From NCBI RefSeq assembly GCF_001194135.2, contig NC_068982.1, positions 28,223,707-28,281,125 on the forward strand: a stretch of DNA of 57,419 nucleotides, given 5' to 3'. The notes beneath the pieces were generated by a model that worked only from the letters and a program-made list of their open reading frames with translations, had not been told where the DNA came from and ran no database searches. This document shows, piece after piece, positions 28,185 through 40,019 of this stretch. This DNA comes from Octopus bimaculoides. Its lineage: Eukaryota. A program made the translations under genes and the position numbers. Positions within the stretch are counted from its first letter, which is position 1, and every line of letters begins with the position of its first letter.

Positions 28185-28224
28185 GGCCATGACGAAGGGA
28201 AATAGCCCTGAAACTCGAGTCGCC
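28185..28224 (+). ncRNA. Minimal type I hammerhead ribozyme-like motif
   Basis: GGC-C(A)TGACGA-AGGG aaatag CCCT-GAAA-C TCGA G-TC-GCC. Stems I and II pair; palindromic CTCGAG loop III; GUC cleavage triplet; one extra A in the core. Confidence 0.65.
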
Positions 28225-29292
28225 TTTATATATATATATTTATATATATATTTATATTTATATATTTATATATTTGATCCTTTATATTGAACACTCAATA
28301 TTTCATCTACATTTAATACTTTATTTCATGGTGCCATCCATTTTTATTTTATTTTATATTATATATTGTATATTATATTATATATTGTATATTCCATATT
28401 CTATACCCCACATTAGTTCTGCAGGAATATAAATNNNNNNNNNNNNNNNNNNNNNNNNNNNNNNNNNNNNNNNNNNNNNNNNNNNNNNNNNNNNNNNNNN
28501 NNNNNNNNNNNNNNNNNNNNNNNNNNNNNNNNNNNNNNNNNNNNNNNNNNNNNNNNNNNNNNNNNNNNNNNNNNNNNNNNNNNNNNNNNNNNNNNNNNNN
28601 NNNNNNNNNNNNNNNNNNNNNNNNNNNNNNNNNNNNNNNNNNNNNNNNNNNNNNNNNNNNNNNNNNNNNNNNNNNNNNNNNNNNNNNNNNNNNNNNNNNN
28701 NNNNNNNNNNNNNNNNNNNNNNNNNNNNNNNNNNNNNNNNNNNNNNNNNNNNNNNNNNNNNNNNNNNNNNNNNNNNNNNNNNNNNNNNNNNNNNNNNNNN
28801 NNNNNNNNNNNNNNNNNNNNNNNNNNNNNNNNNNNNNNNNNNNNNNNNNNNNNNNNNNNNNNNNNNNNNNNNNNNNNNNNNNNNNNNNNNNNNNNNNNNN
28901 NNNNNNNNNNNNNNNNNNNNNNNNNNNNNNNNNNNNNNNNNNNNNNNNNNNNNNNNNNNNNNNNNNNNNNNNNNNNNNNNNNNNNNNNNNNNNNNNNNNN
29001 NNNNNNNNNNNNNNNNNNNNNNNNNNNNNNNNNNNNNNNNNNNNNNNNNNNNNNNNNNNNNNNNNNNNNNNNNNNNNNNNNNNNNNNNNNNNNNNNNNNN
29101 NNNNNNNNNNNNNNNNNNNNNNNNNNNNNNNNNNNNNNNNNNNNNNNNNNNNNNNNNNNNNNNNNNNNNNNNNNNNNNNNNNNNNNNNNNNNNNNNNNNN
29201 NNNNNNNNNNNNNNNNNNNNNNNNNNNNNNNNNNNNNNNNNNNNNNNNNNNNNNNNNNNNNNNNNNNNNNNNNNNNNNNNNNNNNNNNNNNA

Positions 29293-29394
<102 letters not shown>

Positions 29395-30236
29395 CTTACC
29401 AGTTAAGTTAATTTCGCAAGTAGAGAAAGGCAGGAACGAGTCTTATCTGATTTAGGTATACAGCTACATATGTAGATACTTAGTTTTATATAAAGCATAA
29501 ATCTGTAAGTAAATACAGATACGTGCGCGCGCACACACATATGCTCACACACACATACATTTACAAACACACACACTAACCTCATAAAGACACACACGAG
29601 CGTTCACAGCATATAAACTTTTTATATGTACGAAAATATGAACAAGTGGAATGCTGGCAGTTATGGAAGACCGAGTCTGCCGACATATTTTTGATTCTAT
29701 GCTGCCTCATTTCTCACTTACTCGTTGTACGCGCAATATCCGGCCGTAGACAATAGCTTAGAGAGGGATAGAACTGTCAATTTAAATATGTCTGACGGCA
29801 TTACATGAAGGGGTAACACTTTCGTTTGCTGGTGATTTAACGACTCATTAAATGTTGCAAAACGTTTTCATTTTCTAATGTAAACACTCACACACGCACG
29901 CACACACGCGCATACACACACGCACTTACACACACACGTACACATCTCATAGTTATGTGAATTTAATAATGTTTCAAGATGTATGAATCACATTAGCACA
30001 TATATATTAAGTATGTTAATATATATTGTGTATATATACGTGCATACATAGATACATACATACATATATACAGTCACATATACATACATATTAATATATA
30101 TGTATATATATATATTGATATATTGATATATATATATATTTGTATATATATATTGATATGTATATATATTTGTATAATATATATGTATACATATACTAAT
30201 ATATATATGTACGTATACATATATGCATATACATAC

Positions 30237-30293
<57 letters not shown>

Positions 30294-31234
30294 NNNNNNN
30301 NNNNNNNNNNNNNNNNNNNNNNNNNNNNNNNNNNNNNNNNNNNNNNNNNNNNNNNNNNNNNNNNNNNNNNNNNNNNNNNNNNNNNNNNNNNNNNNNNNNN
30401 NNNNNNNNNNNNNNNNNNNNNNNNNNNNNNNNNNNNNNNNNNNNNNNNNNNNNNNNNNNNNNNNNNNNNNNNNNNNNNNNNNNNNNNNNNNNNNNNNNNN
30501 NNNNNNNNNNNNNNNNNNNNNNNNNNNNNNNNNNNNNNNNNNNNNNNNNNNNNNNNNNNNNNNNNNNNNNNNNNNNNNNNNNNNNNNNNNNNNNNNNNNN
30601 NNNNNNNNNNNNNNNNNNNNNNNNNNNNNNNNNNNNNNNNNNNNNNNNNNNNNNNNNNNNNNNNNNNNNNNNNNNNNNNNNNNNNNNNNNNNNNNNNNNN
30701 NNNNNNNNNNNNNNNNNNNNNNNNNNNNNNNNNNNNNNNNNNNNNNNNNNNNNNNNNNNNNNNNNNNNNNNNNNNNNNNNNNNNNNNNNNNNNNNNNNNN
30801 NNNNNNNNNNNNNNNNNNNNNNNNNNNNNNNNNNNNNNNNNNNNNNNNNNNNNNNNNNNNNNNNNNNNNNNNNNNNNNNNNNNNNNNNNNNNNNNNNNNN
30901 NNNNNNNNNNNNNNNNNNNNNNNNNNNNNNNNNNNNNNNNNNNNNNNNNNNNNNNNNNNNNNNNNNNNNNNNNNNNNNNNNNNNNNNNNNNNNNNNNNNN
31001 NNNNNNNNNNNNNNNNNNNNNNNNNNNNNNTCGAAGAAAATATGTTTTCATTATACAGATGCCTGCACACATGTAAGAAAATTACAAGCGTCGAATAAAT
31101 GCAACTGTTGGGGCACAGTTGTTTATACATATATGCAATCTGATACTTTCGTATACATGTGTAATTTAATACAAATATATAAATGAATGAAATAGCAAAA
31201 TTGGGAGATAAAAGAAAAGTATGAAACAACTTAC

Positions 31235-31322
31235 CAGCATTAAACAACGCCAAGGTTGGTGTCAGAGTTAAAGCTACAACTGCAAAAAGCAGATGAAATA
31301 TACTAAAATTCTTTAAGTTCAT
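31235..31322 (-). CDS. First coding exon of a secreted or membrane protein (signal peptide); product unknown
   Basis: MNLKNFSIFHLLFAVVALTLTPTLALFNA plus 1 nt: basic N-region, hydrophobic core, T-L-A cleavage-like motif. Ends at G|GTAAGT (phase 1 donor, intron from 31234). The rest of the track ORF 29988-31322 is intron and N. Confidence 0.65.
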
Positions 31323-31900
31323 TGTGAAATAATAAAACTAAACTCCTCCGAAATATAAACGATAATGTTCAAAAGAAAAAAAAAAAAATACAGAACTGAT
31401 AATTTTTCGTTGGTGCTTATGAATTTATATATAACCAGATTCTTTCTCTCGATCTGTCCAACTTGGAAGAGAAAGGGTTGGTGGATTCCGTCTTATATTG
31501 TTGTCTGCGAGTGGACGATGCAGAAACAGATAAGCGAGGAGCAAGTAAATTCTCTCTACACCTCCAAGAGTCGCCGAAACGACTGAAGTGCCACCACCAA
31601 GAACTAGATACTGATCTACTCTGCTTTGGATATTTTCTTCACTACATATATCATCTCCTCTATTACTACACCTCTCTTTATTTCAAACTCCCTCTGTCTT
31701 TTTGCTGTTTGTCTTTCTCATTCCCCTCTCTTCCTTGTTTATTTCTATCTTCGCCCTCTTTCTCTTTCTTTTTTCTTTCTCTGTTTCTTTTTATTTCATT
31801 CTATTAAACTAAAGCACTCCCAGTTTGGCATCGTCAACTCAACGCCGCCATCAGACGTCTGCCAACCGTGATCCAGATTTGTGACACGCCCCTCTTAATA
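31323..31900 (-). promoter_or_regulatory. Putative 5' UTR and promoter of the signal-peptide gene
   Basis: Locally CpG-rich unique sequence; Sp/KLF-like GAGGGGCGTGTC on the minus strand (about 31883-31894); purine-rich leader on the minus strand. TSS not determinable. Confidence 0.4.
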
Positions 31901-32029
31901 ACTGTCTCACGCCGCCTGTCAGTTTGTCTTACTTTTTTTCATTCCTATTTTCTTATACTATTCTCCATCTCTAGAGATGACTGCTGCGTTGACAACAATG
32001 TCGATAGTGTTGGTGATGATATCAACAGC

Positions 32030-32186
32030 TAAAATTAAAATAACATAAGTGATAGTAAGAGAGATGATGATAATGATGATGAAAATGATGATAATGAGGA
32101 TAAAGATGATGATGATAATCCTACTACTTCTACAACTACTACTGCTGCTGCTGCTACTACTACTACTACTACTACTACTGATGATA

Positions 32187-32218
<32 letters not shown>

Positions 32219-32265
32219 AATAATAATAATAATAATAATATTAATAATAATAATATTAATAATAA
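32030..32265. repeat. Compound trinucleotide array (GAT/TAC/TGC/TAA) forming a SINE tail
   Basis: Blocks of GAT, CTA, CTG, GAT and TAA run directly into the 3' end of the minus-strand SINE at 32268. Confidence 0.9.
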
Positions 32266-32267
32266 TT

Positions 32268-32473
32268 ATCCTTTCTACCAAAGGCATAAGACCTGAAATT
32301 TTGGAGAAGGGGACTAGTCGATTACATCGACCCAGTACTCAACTGGTACTTTATCGAACCCGAAAGGATGAAAGGCAAAGTCAACCCCAGTGGCATTTGA
32401 ACTCAGAACGTAAAGACGGACGAAATGCCTCTAAGCATTTTGTCCGGTGTGCTAACGATTCTTCCATCTCGCA
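32268..32473 (-). mobile_element. tRNA-derived SINE family A, best-preserved copy
   Basis: Minus strand: gagatggaagaatcgttagcacaccggacaaaatgcttag...GAGTTCAAATGCC (B-box-like)...gtactgggtcgatgtaatcgactag...agaaaggataattat. Confidence 0.8.
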
Positions 32474-32682
32474 ATAATAGTAATGGTTTCTAATTCGAAC
32501 ACGAGACCAGCGACTTTGAAAGGAAGGGATTAGTCGACCTTAGGACGTGACTGATATTTTATTTTATCGACCTTTGAGATATAAAATCAAATATACAACG
32601 GCAGGATTTGAACGCAGAGCGTAAAGTGTCGGAAATATTTCTCTTATATAAACAGAAATTTACAAATATTTTTCTTGGTATC

Positions 32683-33068
32683 TTTTATCTTTTACTTGTT
32701 TCAGTCATTAGACTGCAGCCATTCTGGGGCACCGCCTAGAAGGTTTTATTTAGACTAACAAATCTACCTCAGTACTTCGTTTTTTCTAAGCCTGGTACTT
32801 ATCTCATCGGCCACTTTTTACCAAACCGCCAATTTACGGAGACGTAAACAAACAAACACCGGTTATCAAATACAAATACAAAGACGCAAATATACAGATA
32901 CATACATACAAACAGATACATGCATTCATTCAGTTTCCGCCGACCAAATCCATTCACAAGGCTTAGGTCGCCCTGGGGTTATACTAAAGACACTTGCTCA
33001 AAGTGCCACGTAGTGGGACTGAATCCGGAACCATGTGATCTGGAAGGAAACGTCTTATCACACAGCGC
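32683..33068 (-). mobile_element. tRNA-derived SINE family B (internal microsatellite)
   Basis: Reverse-complement homology to 39301-39740, including head, central degenerate CATA/TATG tract and gtttcagtcat...gactgcagcc tail. Confidence 0.7.
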
Positions 33069-35926
33069 AACAGATGTATAAAAGGAAAATCGATCTAATC
33101 GGGTGGTTGAAGTTTGAACACGGAGGTAAGTAGCTAAATACCGCAAGCCATTATGTCCAGCGCCTTACCAATTCTAAGAACCATTGCTCTAACAGCAATA
33201 ACAGCGATTGTTTTTGATTTAAGCACAAGGCCAAACATTTTGAGGAGAGGGGTTTAATCGATAACACCAATTTCAATATTTGTCTGGCACTTTATTTTAT
33301 CGGCCTCGAAAGTATGGAAGGCACAGGTGACTCAGCGGAATTTGAAGTCAGAAAGTTAAGTGTCAGTAAAAATAACGCATGCCATTTTTTCTGATGCTCT
33401 AATAAGTTTTTCTTCATTGCCACAAATACTCGAAAGATACAATAAAATACAATGAACATTAAGCCAGAAGCTTAAAAGCATATGAGGGTGGGACAAATAA
33501 GTATTATACAGAAGATCTGGTGAAAGGGTGGTCGGCAGACGTTATGCAATAAAATATGAGGACATGTTAAAAAATTATAAAAGCGTACACATTCTTACAT
33601 AGAGTAAATAAAAAAAAACAATTACATTAAAACACTAATTAAAAGAAAGGCATTATGTAAATGAAAACGGAAATATGGAAAATATTTAGTCTTCTCGCCC
33701 ACATATAAGTGAAGGGCCCCTAGTTAGGTGGAGTTAGAACATCCCTGCACACTATCGCTCATACTTCAAGCCTTGTGCATTCACAGACGCCCGCTGACAT
33801 TTTCTGTGTAGGAAGAGCTAGGAAGCCACCCACATCCTCAGGACGCTCCTGCTTTGCTTCATTACAATACAATTCAATTGGTTTTACTTAGAACATTATT
33901 TTCGTTTCCTCTTTATATTTTCGCCTATTTGTTCTTCGGTGATCGACCCCACTACCCACTTGCAATTCCCGCATCACCACAACTATATTACTCTATCAAT
34001 GAGATCTTGATTTGTCCGTAGGAAGATGGTGAATTTCATCACCTTACCCGTAGCCGTCATCATTATTAATCAGAAGACACAGGTTTCCTTCATCCGCTTT
34101 TGTTGTTCGCTTTTCTCTAAGAGGTGCATTTCCCAACTCATTTTCCCTTCACATTTTCTCCCAATGTTTGGAAATTTGCTTCTGTTCTTATTACCATCTC
34201 CTCACAAACTGCTGAAACAGTGCTTTATACTGCTAGTTTTTAGGAGACGGAGATCACCGGGAATGATATAATTGCTTTTCTACCATCTCCGGACTGCGAG
34301 ATGGTGCCACGGCATTGCTCGTTTCTGGAGATCAAGCTAAAAACGGTTTTCTAGCAATCATCCTCAAACGGTAGTTTCCAGCCACTGAAGCCTGCTCCAT
34401 ACGTTTACTATTTTCCAAGTCTGCTGGTCATAAAAAAATGTCCATCGTACATACATACATACATACATACATACATACATACATACACACATACATGAAT
34501 ACATACGTACATGCATACAAGAATTCCAGAGAATATCGCCGTTCATGTCCTCCGGTAAAACTTCTACTGAATTCAAAAGTTGATGTCAACCGTACGCATC
34601 GCTGATGGCTGTAAGCACCTGGGAACACCTTGAAGGTAAGTTTATTAATGGTTCTTATTTGCTGATCAGGGAAAGAAGATGAGCTGTGAAGTTTGTTAAG
34701 TAAACATCACCTGCTTACTGATCAAACACTTATGTAGATATCGTTATTTAAGTGTATAGTTGTACATAATTAGTCATCACATTCCCAAAATCAGGGTGAA
34801 TATTGGCAGCAGAGACAAATCCAGATGAAAGGAATATGTCTCTTCAGCAAGAAGGAAAACAGGTGTCGTTCCAATTAAGTCAGATATTCCTTAGGGTTGA
34901 GCACGACGGTCAAGTAATCAGGCGGTTAAGCTGTTACACACTACCTAAATTATAGTCACATTCTTACTCCAACCCGATAATTCTAGGGCTCGAGTGAAAT
35001 CTGAGCGAAATCAGCAGCCCAAAGTCGTTTCTTTGTTGTGGCTTCTTTCCATTTGAAGTTTTGGACCAAAAACAGGTGTAAGGGACGACCGTGCGAACTC
35101 AAAAAGGAGAAATGGTGACGAATGGAAAAACAGGACTCCTTTTATTTAAACGCGTCACACGGTCGAACACAATATATATATATCAAATGATGATATAGAT
35201 GATATGTTATACGACGATAACATAGATGACCAGTAATGAAAGACCACAACCGTATTAGATGAATAACAGAGATATTTATTGTAGCGTTAAAGATGTATGT
35301 CTGTGTGTGAGTGTGAATGCGACATATAAGAACATTATCAAAGACAGGCCGTCATACAAAGAAAAGTGTGTATGAGTGATACATGTGTGTATGAGTGTTT
35401 ACAGCAGATAGAAAGAGAGTCAATAACACGTGAGCAATTTTATACCAGTTCTTGTGTTCACTATAGNNNNNNNNNNNNNNNNNNNNNNNNNNNNNNNNNN
35501 NNNNNNNNNNNNNNNNNNNNNNNNNNNNNNNNNNNNNNNNNNNNNNNNNNNNNNNNNNNNNNNNNNNNNNNNNNNNNNNNNNNNNNNNNNNNNNNNNNNN
35601 NNNNNNNNNNNNNNNNNNNNNNNNNNNNNNNNNNNNNNNNNNNNNNNNNNNNNNNNNNNNNNNNNNNNNNNNNNNNNNNNNNNNNNNNNNNNNNNNNNNN
35701 NNNNNNNNNNNNNNNNNNNNNNNNNNNNNNNNNNNNNNNNNNNNNNNNNNNNNNNNNNNNNNNNNNNNNNNNNNNNNNNNNNNNNNNNNNNNNNNNNNNN
35801 NNNNNNNNNNNNNNNNNNNNNGGAACAGTTCTCAAAGAGAAACTGGACCGAGACAAATTTGTGGGGTATGAGTTGATCTATATATAGCGTTAAGAGGGCT
35901 CCAAATGCCTTCAAAATTTTACTCTA

Positions 35927-36139
35927 TCACGTGACCTTATTAGGGGCCGTGATTGGTCAGTTTGCGTTCTGGCGGGAAAGGTTCGAAGAAGTTGCCGATT
36001 CGAATAATAATCAGTCACGTGATGACAAGGAATGGGTTCTCTACTACGCTCGCATTTATTTATATTTAAATGAGAAGATTGTATGTAATGGCGATAGTAG
36101 TTTGTATCTAATGGCGGGAGGTAGTTTCACTACACAGGT
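35927..36139 (+). promoter_or_regulatory. Candidate housekeeping or cell-cycle promoter
   Basis: TCACGTGA E-boxes at 35927-34 and 36015-22; ATTGG (CCAAT box) 35952-56; TGGCGGGAAA (E2F) 35970-79; AATGGCG (YY1-like) at 36087 and 36110; possible donor CAG|GTACTG at 36138. Confidence 0.5.
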
Positions 36140-36378
36140 ACTGATTACTCGGCCCAGCGACAAACGCTGCCTAGAATAGACTTGCTTTAAAGTGCTGGCT
36201 TGCCATTTTGTTTTCGTCCATTTGTATTGCTGCAATCCCTTAATAATCGTTTTATTTAGGACATACGATGTAAAACTATCCTGATAGATGGCTTTTTATC
36301 GTGAATAAGGAACAGATATAATTTTAAATTCAACCATCTACTCTCCGACCACTGAACTGTAGACAAATTCATCCAGAC

Positions 36379-36796
36379 AGTGCCATCTGTCGACGGTCAA
36401 TATTTCTGATTGCTTCCGGTTGCTCTAACATTGTAAGCTGAAAGCGTTTCATTAAATCCTGATCTATATAACACTTCTGCGCAATGCTGAACCGACGATA
36501 ATGACATTATAAGGGGCAAACTTCAACTTCCCTAGAACCCTGAATAAAATATCGAAGAGAATTATTCTGTATTAAGCCTAAACATTTCCATAATATCTTT
36601 CTTTAACTACACGACCTGTCATTGTTTAATACAATTTGGAATGTGAATGCCCCTAGTCCAATATAATTATCATAAAACTTCATCGAAAACACGAGCGGTC
36701 ACATGTAGTATATTTTGATGAAGTTAATAGGGCAGAACGGCGGTTTTCTACTTATGAAGCAAGCTATTCAATACCTCCTGTATAGCAGATGGCGCT
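36379..36796. promoter_or_regulatory. Two divergently oriented CTCF-like motifs
   Basis: Minus 36393-36379 TCGACAGATGGCACT (12/15) and plus 36782-36796 ATAGCAGATGGCGCT (13/15) against CCASYAGRKGGCRSY. Confidence 0.35.
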
Positions 36797-37763
36797 GCTG
36801 CTCCTTCAAATCACTAAATTTCTTCTGTTGAGATTTAAGCATCGACCTTTATAAGGCTACAATCTTCAGCTTTACTTCTACTATGTGTTTATTATTGCTA
36901 AGCGCCAAGTGAGCTCTGAATGAACAGATCAACGATGATATGTTTTCTAACCGTGACTATTTCACTTTTATTTCAGGTGCTATATCTCAGACTACGTTAT
37001 TCAAAAGGTTCCTTCTGTTTTTTTAAAAGACGGTAGTGTATAATTTGAGAGAGGTTTGGTTGTTTTGCAGCTAAACGAATGATCACATAGCAGCTTCCGC
37101 TGTTGGTTTGATTCAGCCATATTAATGAGGTCGATGATAATGACGATGATGATGATGATGATGGGGATGATGGTGGTGGAGGTGGTGGTGGTGGTGGATG
37201 GTGGTGATGGTGGTTGAGGTAGTCGTGGTAACAGTGATGTTGCTAGTGGTGATGGTGAAGGAGGATGATGAAACGAGAATAACATTTTGTCACTGAGAGT
37301 TAACATTTCACAGTTGAAATTACGTCTATCCCAAGGGCTTTATCATCGTATAATATACAACTTTTAATGAGGTACATACACGTACATACACAAATATAAA
37401 TATGGTAGAATTCACATGTTTCAATTGTGCCAGCTCGAGGATGTATTTCTGTTGTTGATTAGGGAAAGAACGAAATGCTCACTTTATTTTATTTTATTTT
37501 TCTTTGGTCGGGTCACTCAGTAAAGAGTTTTCCTGTGGATGGTTAACTTAGTGTTATATTCAAAGTGAATACCAGCATGGTGGGTTTTCCAGCAATTTCA
37601 AAGAAGGACATATTCAGTTGACTTTATTATTATCATTATTATTATCATTATTATTATTATTATTATTGTCATCATTATTATTATTATTACTATTTTTTAC
37701 ATTTTGTGTTGGCGTATGCATATATAAGATTGAAATATATAGAATAAGAGAGGGGAAAGTGAA

Positions 37764-37798
<35 letters not shown>

Positions 37799-38230
37799 GA
37801 GAGAGAAAGAGAGAGAGAGAGAGAGAAAGAAAGAGGGGCGGTGATATTAACCAATCAAAAACAACAAAAATGACACGCTATATTCAAGGAGAATGCAAGC
37901 GGAGGTATTTCACAGTAGGAGATATTCTAAAAGACATCCAAAATTGATTCATACAGGCTTATTAATTAGTGCTTTAGTTTGCNNNNNNNNNNNNNNNNNN
38001 NNNNNNNNNNNNNNNNNNNNNNNNNNNNNNNNNNNNNNNNNNNNNNNNNNNNNNNNNNNNNNNNNNNNNNNNNNNNNNNNNNNNNNNNNNNNNNNNNNNN
38101 NNNNNNNNNNNNNNNNNNNNNNNNNNNNNNNNNNNNNNNNNNNNNNNNNNNNNNNNNNNNNNNNNNNNNNNNNNNNNNNNNNNNNNNNNNNNNNNNNNNN
38201 NNNNNNNNNNNNNNNNNNNNNNNNNNNNNN

Positions 38231-39300
38231 NAATTGCTGTTTCTTTTCAGATATCATCAGATAAAGGTAATTAAAATTCATTAAAATGACAGACTTATCA
38301 GACTTTCAAAGAGGTCAAATTGTTGGTGCTCGTATGGCAGGGGCTAGCGTAGCGAAAACAGCCGAAATGTTTGGTGTATCAAGAAGTACTGTCTCGAAAG
38401 TAATGACAGCCTTTGAGAAAGAGGGATAAACCTCCTCGTCGAAACAAAACTCCGGAAGAAAACCAAAACTTTCAGATAGGGACTGTCGAACTCTTACGCA
38501 AATTGTTTGAAAGGGTCACAAAAGTACAGCTCCCAAAATTACTGCAGGGCTTAATGACCACCTCGAGAACCCAGTTTCCACAAAAACTGTTCGCTGGGAG
38601 CTGCACAAAACCAGATTTCACGGGAGTGATGCAATTATTAGAGTGGAGTAAAAACCTACAAAATTGGTCCCTGGAGCAGTGGAAGAATGTTATTTTCTCA
38701 GACGATTCATCCTTTACGTTATTTCCGACCACCGGCTGAATATTCTTGTGGAGACAGCCAAAAGAAACATTTGACCCAGACTGCCTTCTTCCAACTATTA
38801 AACATAGAAGTGATGATCTTGGGGGACTATATCTTTCCTTTGATGGCAAAATTAATAGTCAAGACTATCTGACCAAATTCATCCTATGGTTGCAGAACTG
38901 TTTCCGAAGGGAAACGCAATCTTTCAGAATGATAATGCACCAATTCAGTTAAAGTTGTTACTGAATGGCACGAGGAACATTCTACTGAAGTTGAACATCT
39001 TATCTGGCTACCACAGTCCATAGATCTCAATATTATTGAACATTTATGGTGCATTTAAAAAAACAAGTAAGAATTCGATATCCTCCACCGTCACCACTAC
39101 AAAACCTGGAGACTGTTTTAGATAAAGAATGGACAGAAATTCCTTTGGAAACAATTCGAACTTTGTACGAGTCCATACCTCATAAAATTCAAGCTGTAAT
39201 TACTGCCAAAGGCGGTCCTACCCCATATTAAAATAAAGTTGTTTGAAATCTTAAGTTGTTTGAAATCTTAAGTTGTTTCCATTATTTTGTCTAACCCCTG
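38231..39300 (+). mobile_element. Decayed Tc1-family DNA transposon (transposase pseudogene 38286-39231)
   Basis: ATG 38286: MTDLSDFQRGQIVGARMAGASVAKTAEMFGVSRSTVSKV (HTH), SGRKPKLS, WKNVIFSDDSSF, FQNDNAP, WLPQSIDLNIIEHLW, AKGGPTPY*. Contains stops and frameshifts. Right TIR reads CAGGGGTTAGACAAAATAATGGAAAC on the minus strand, followed by TA; the left TIR falls in the N gap. Confidence 0.92.
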
Positions 39301-39457
39301 TATATGGTTGTGTGGTAGAAAGCCTGCTTCCCAACCACATAATTCCAAGTTCAGTCCCACTGCATGGCACTTTGGATAAGTGTCTTCTATTATAGTCTCG
39401 GACTGTCCAAGCCTTGTGAATGGATTTAGTTGGCGGAAACTGAAAGAAGCTCGTTGT

Positions 39458-39496
<39 letters not shown>

Positions 39497-39740
39497 ACAC
39501 ACACACATATGTATTTATATATGTGAAAATATTTGTGTGTGTGTGTGTCTGTGTTTGTCCCCCACCATCATTTGACGACCAATGTTGGTGTGTTTATGTC
39601 CCCGTGACTTAGAGGTTCAGTAAAAGGGAACGATAGAATAAATACTAGGTGTACAAAGATTAAGTCCTGAGGTCGATTTCTTCGACTAAAGGCGGTACTC
39701 CAGCATGGCTGCAGTCAAATGACTGAAACAAATAAAACAA
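39301..39740 (+). mobile_element. tRNA-derived SINE family B (internal microsatellite)
   Basis: Head tggttgtgtggtag...AAGTTCAGTCCC, CORE-like cactttggataagtgtctt, internal (CA)n/(TG)n, tail gctgcagtcaaatgactgaaac then (CAA)n(TAA)n. Confidence 0.75.
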
Positions 39741-40019
39741 CAAGAACAACAACAACAACAATAATAATAATAATAATAATAATTATAATAATAATAATGA
39801 TAATAATAATTATTATTATTTGCAGGATCCAATTGAATCAAGGTATTTTGAAAATAAGGACACCAACTTAGGGTCGAGAATAACATATCCATGTATCAGC
39901 AGTATATATGGACATTCACGCATATATTAATGTATATACGCTGTATATATCGTATATATTAATGTATATATCGGTGACGATCAGAGAAGGAAACTGTTGG
40001 TAAGCGTCCCGACGAAATA

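Noticed and set aside
31958-32477. Poly-I/S and poly-M/L ORFs
   Set aside because: Trinucleotide SINE tail plus the SINE body.
34020-34630. Coding-like block interrupted by (TACA)n
   Set aside because: Could not be assigned to any element family.
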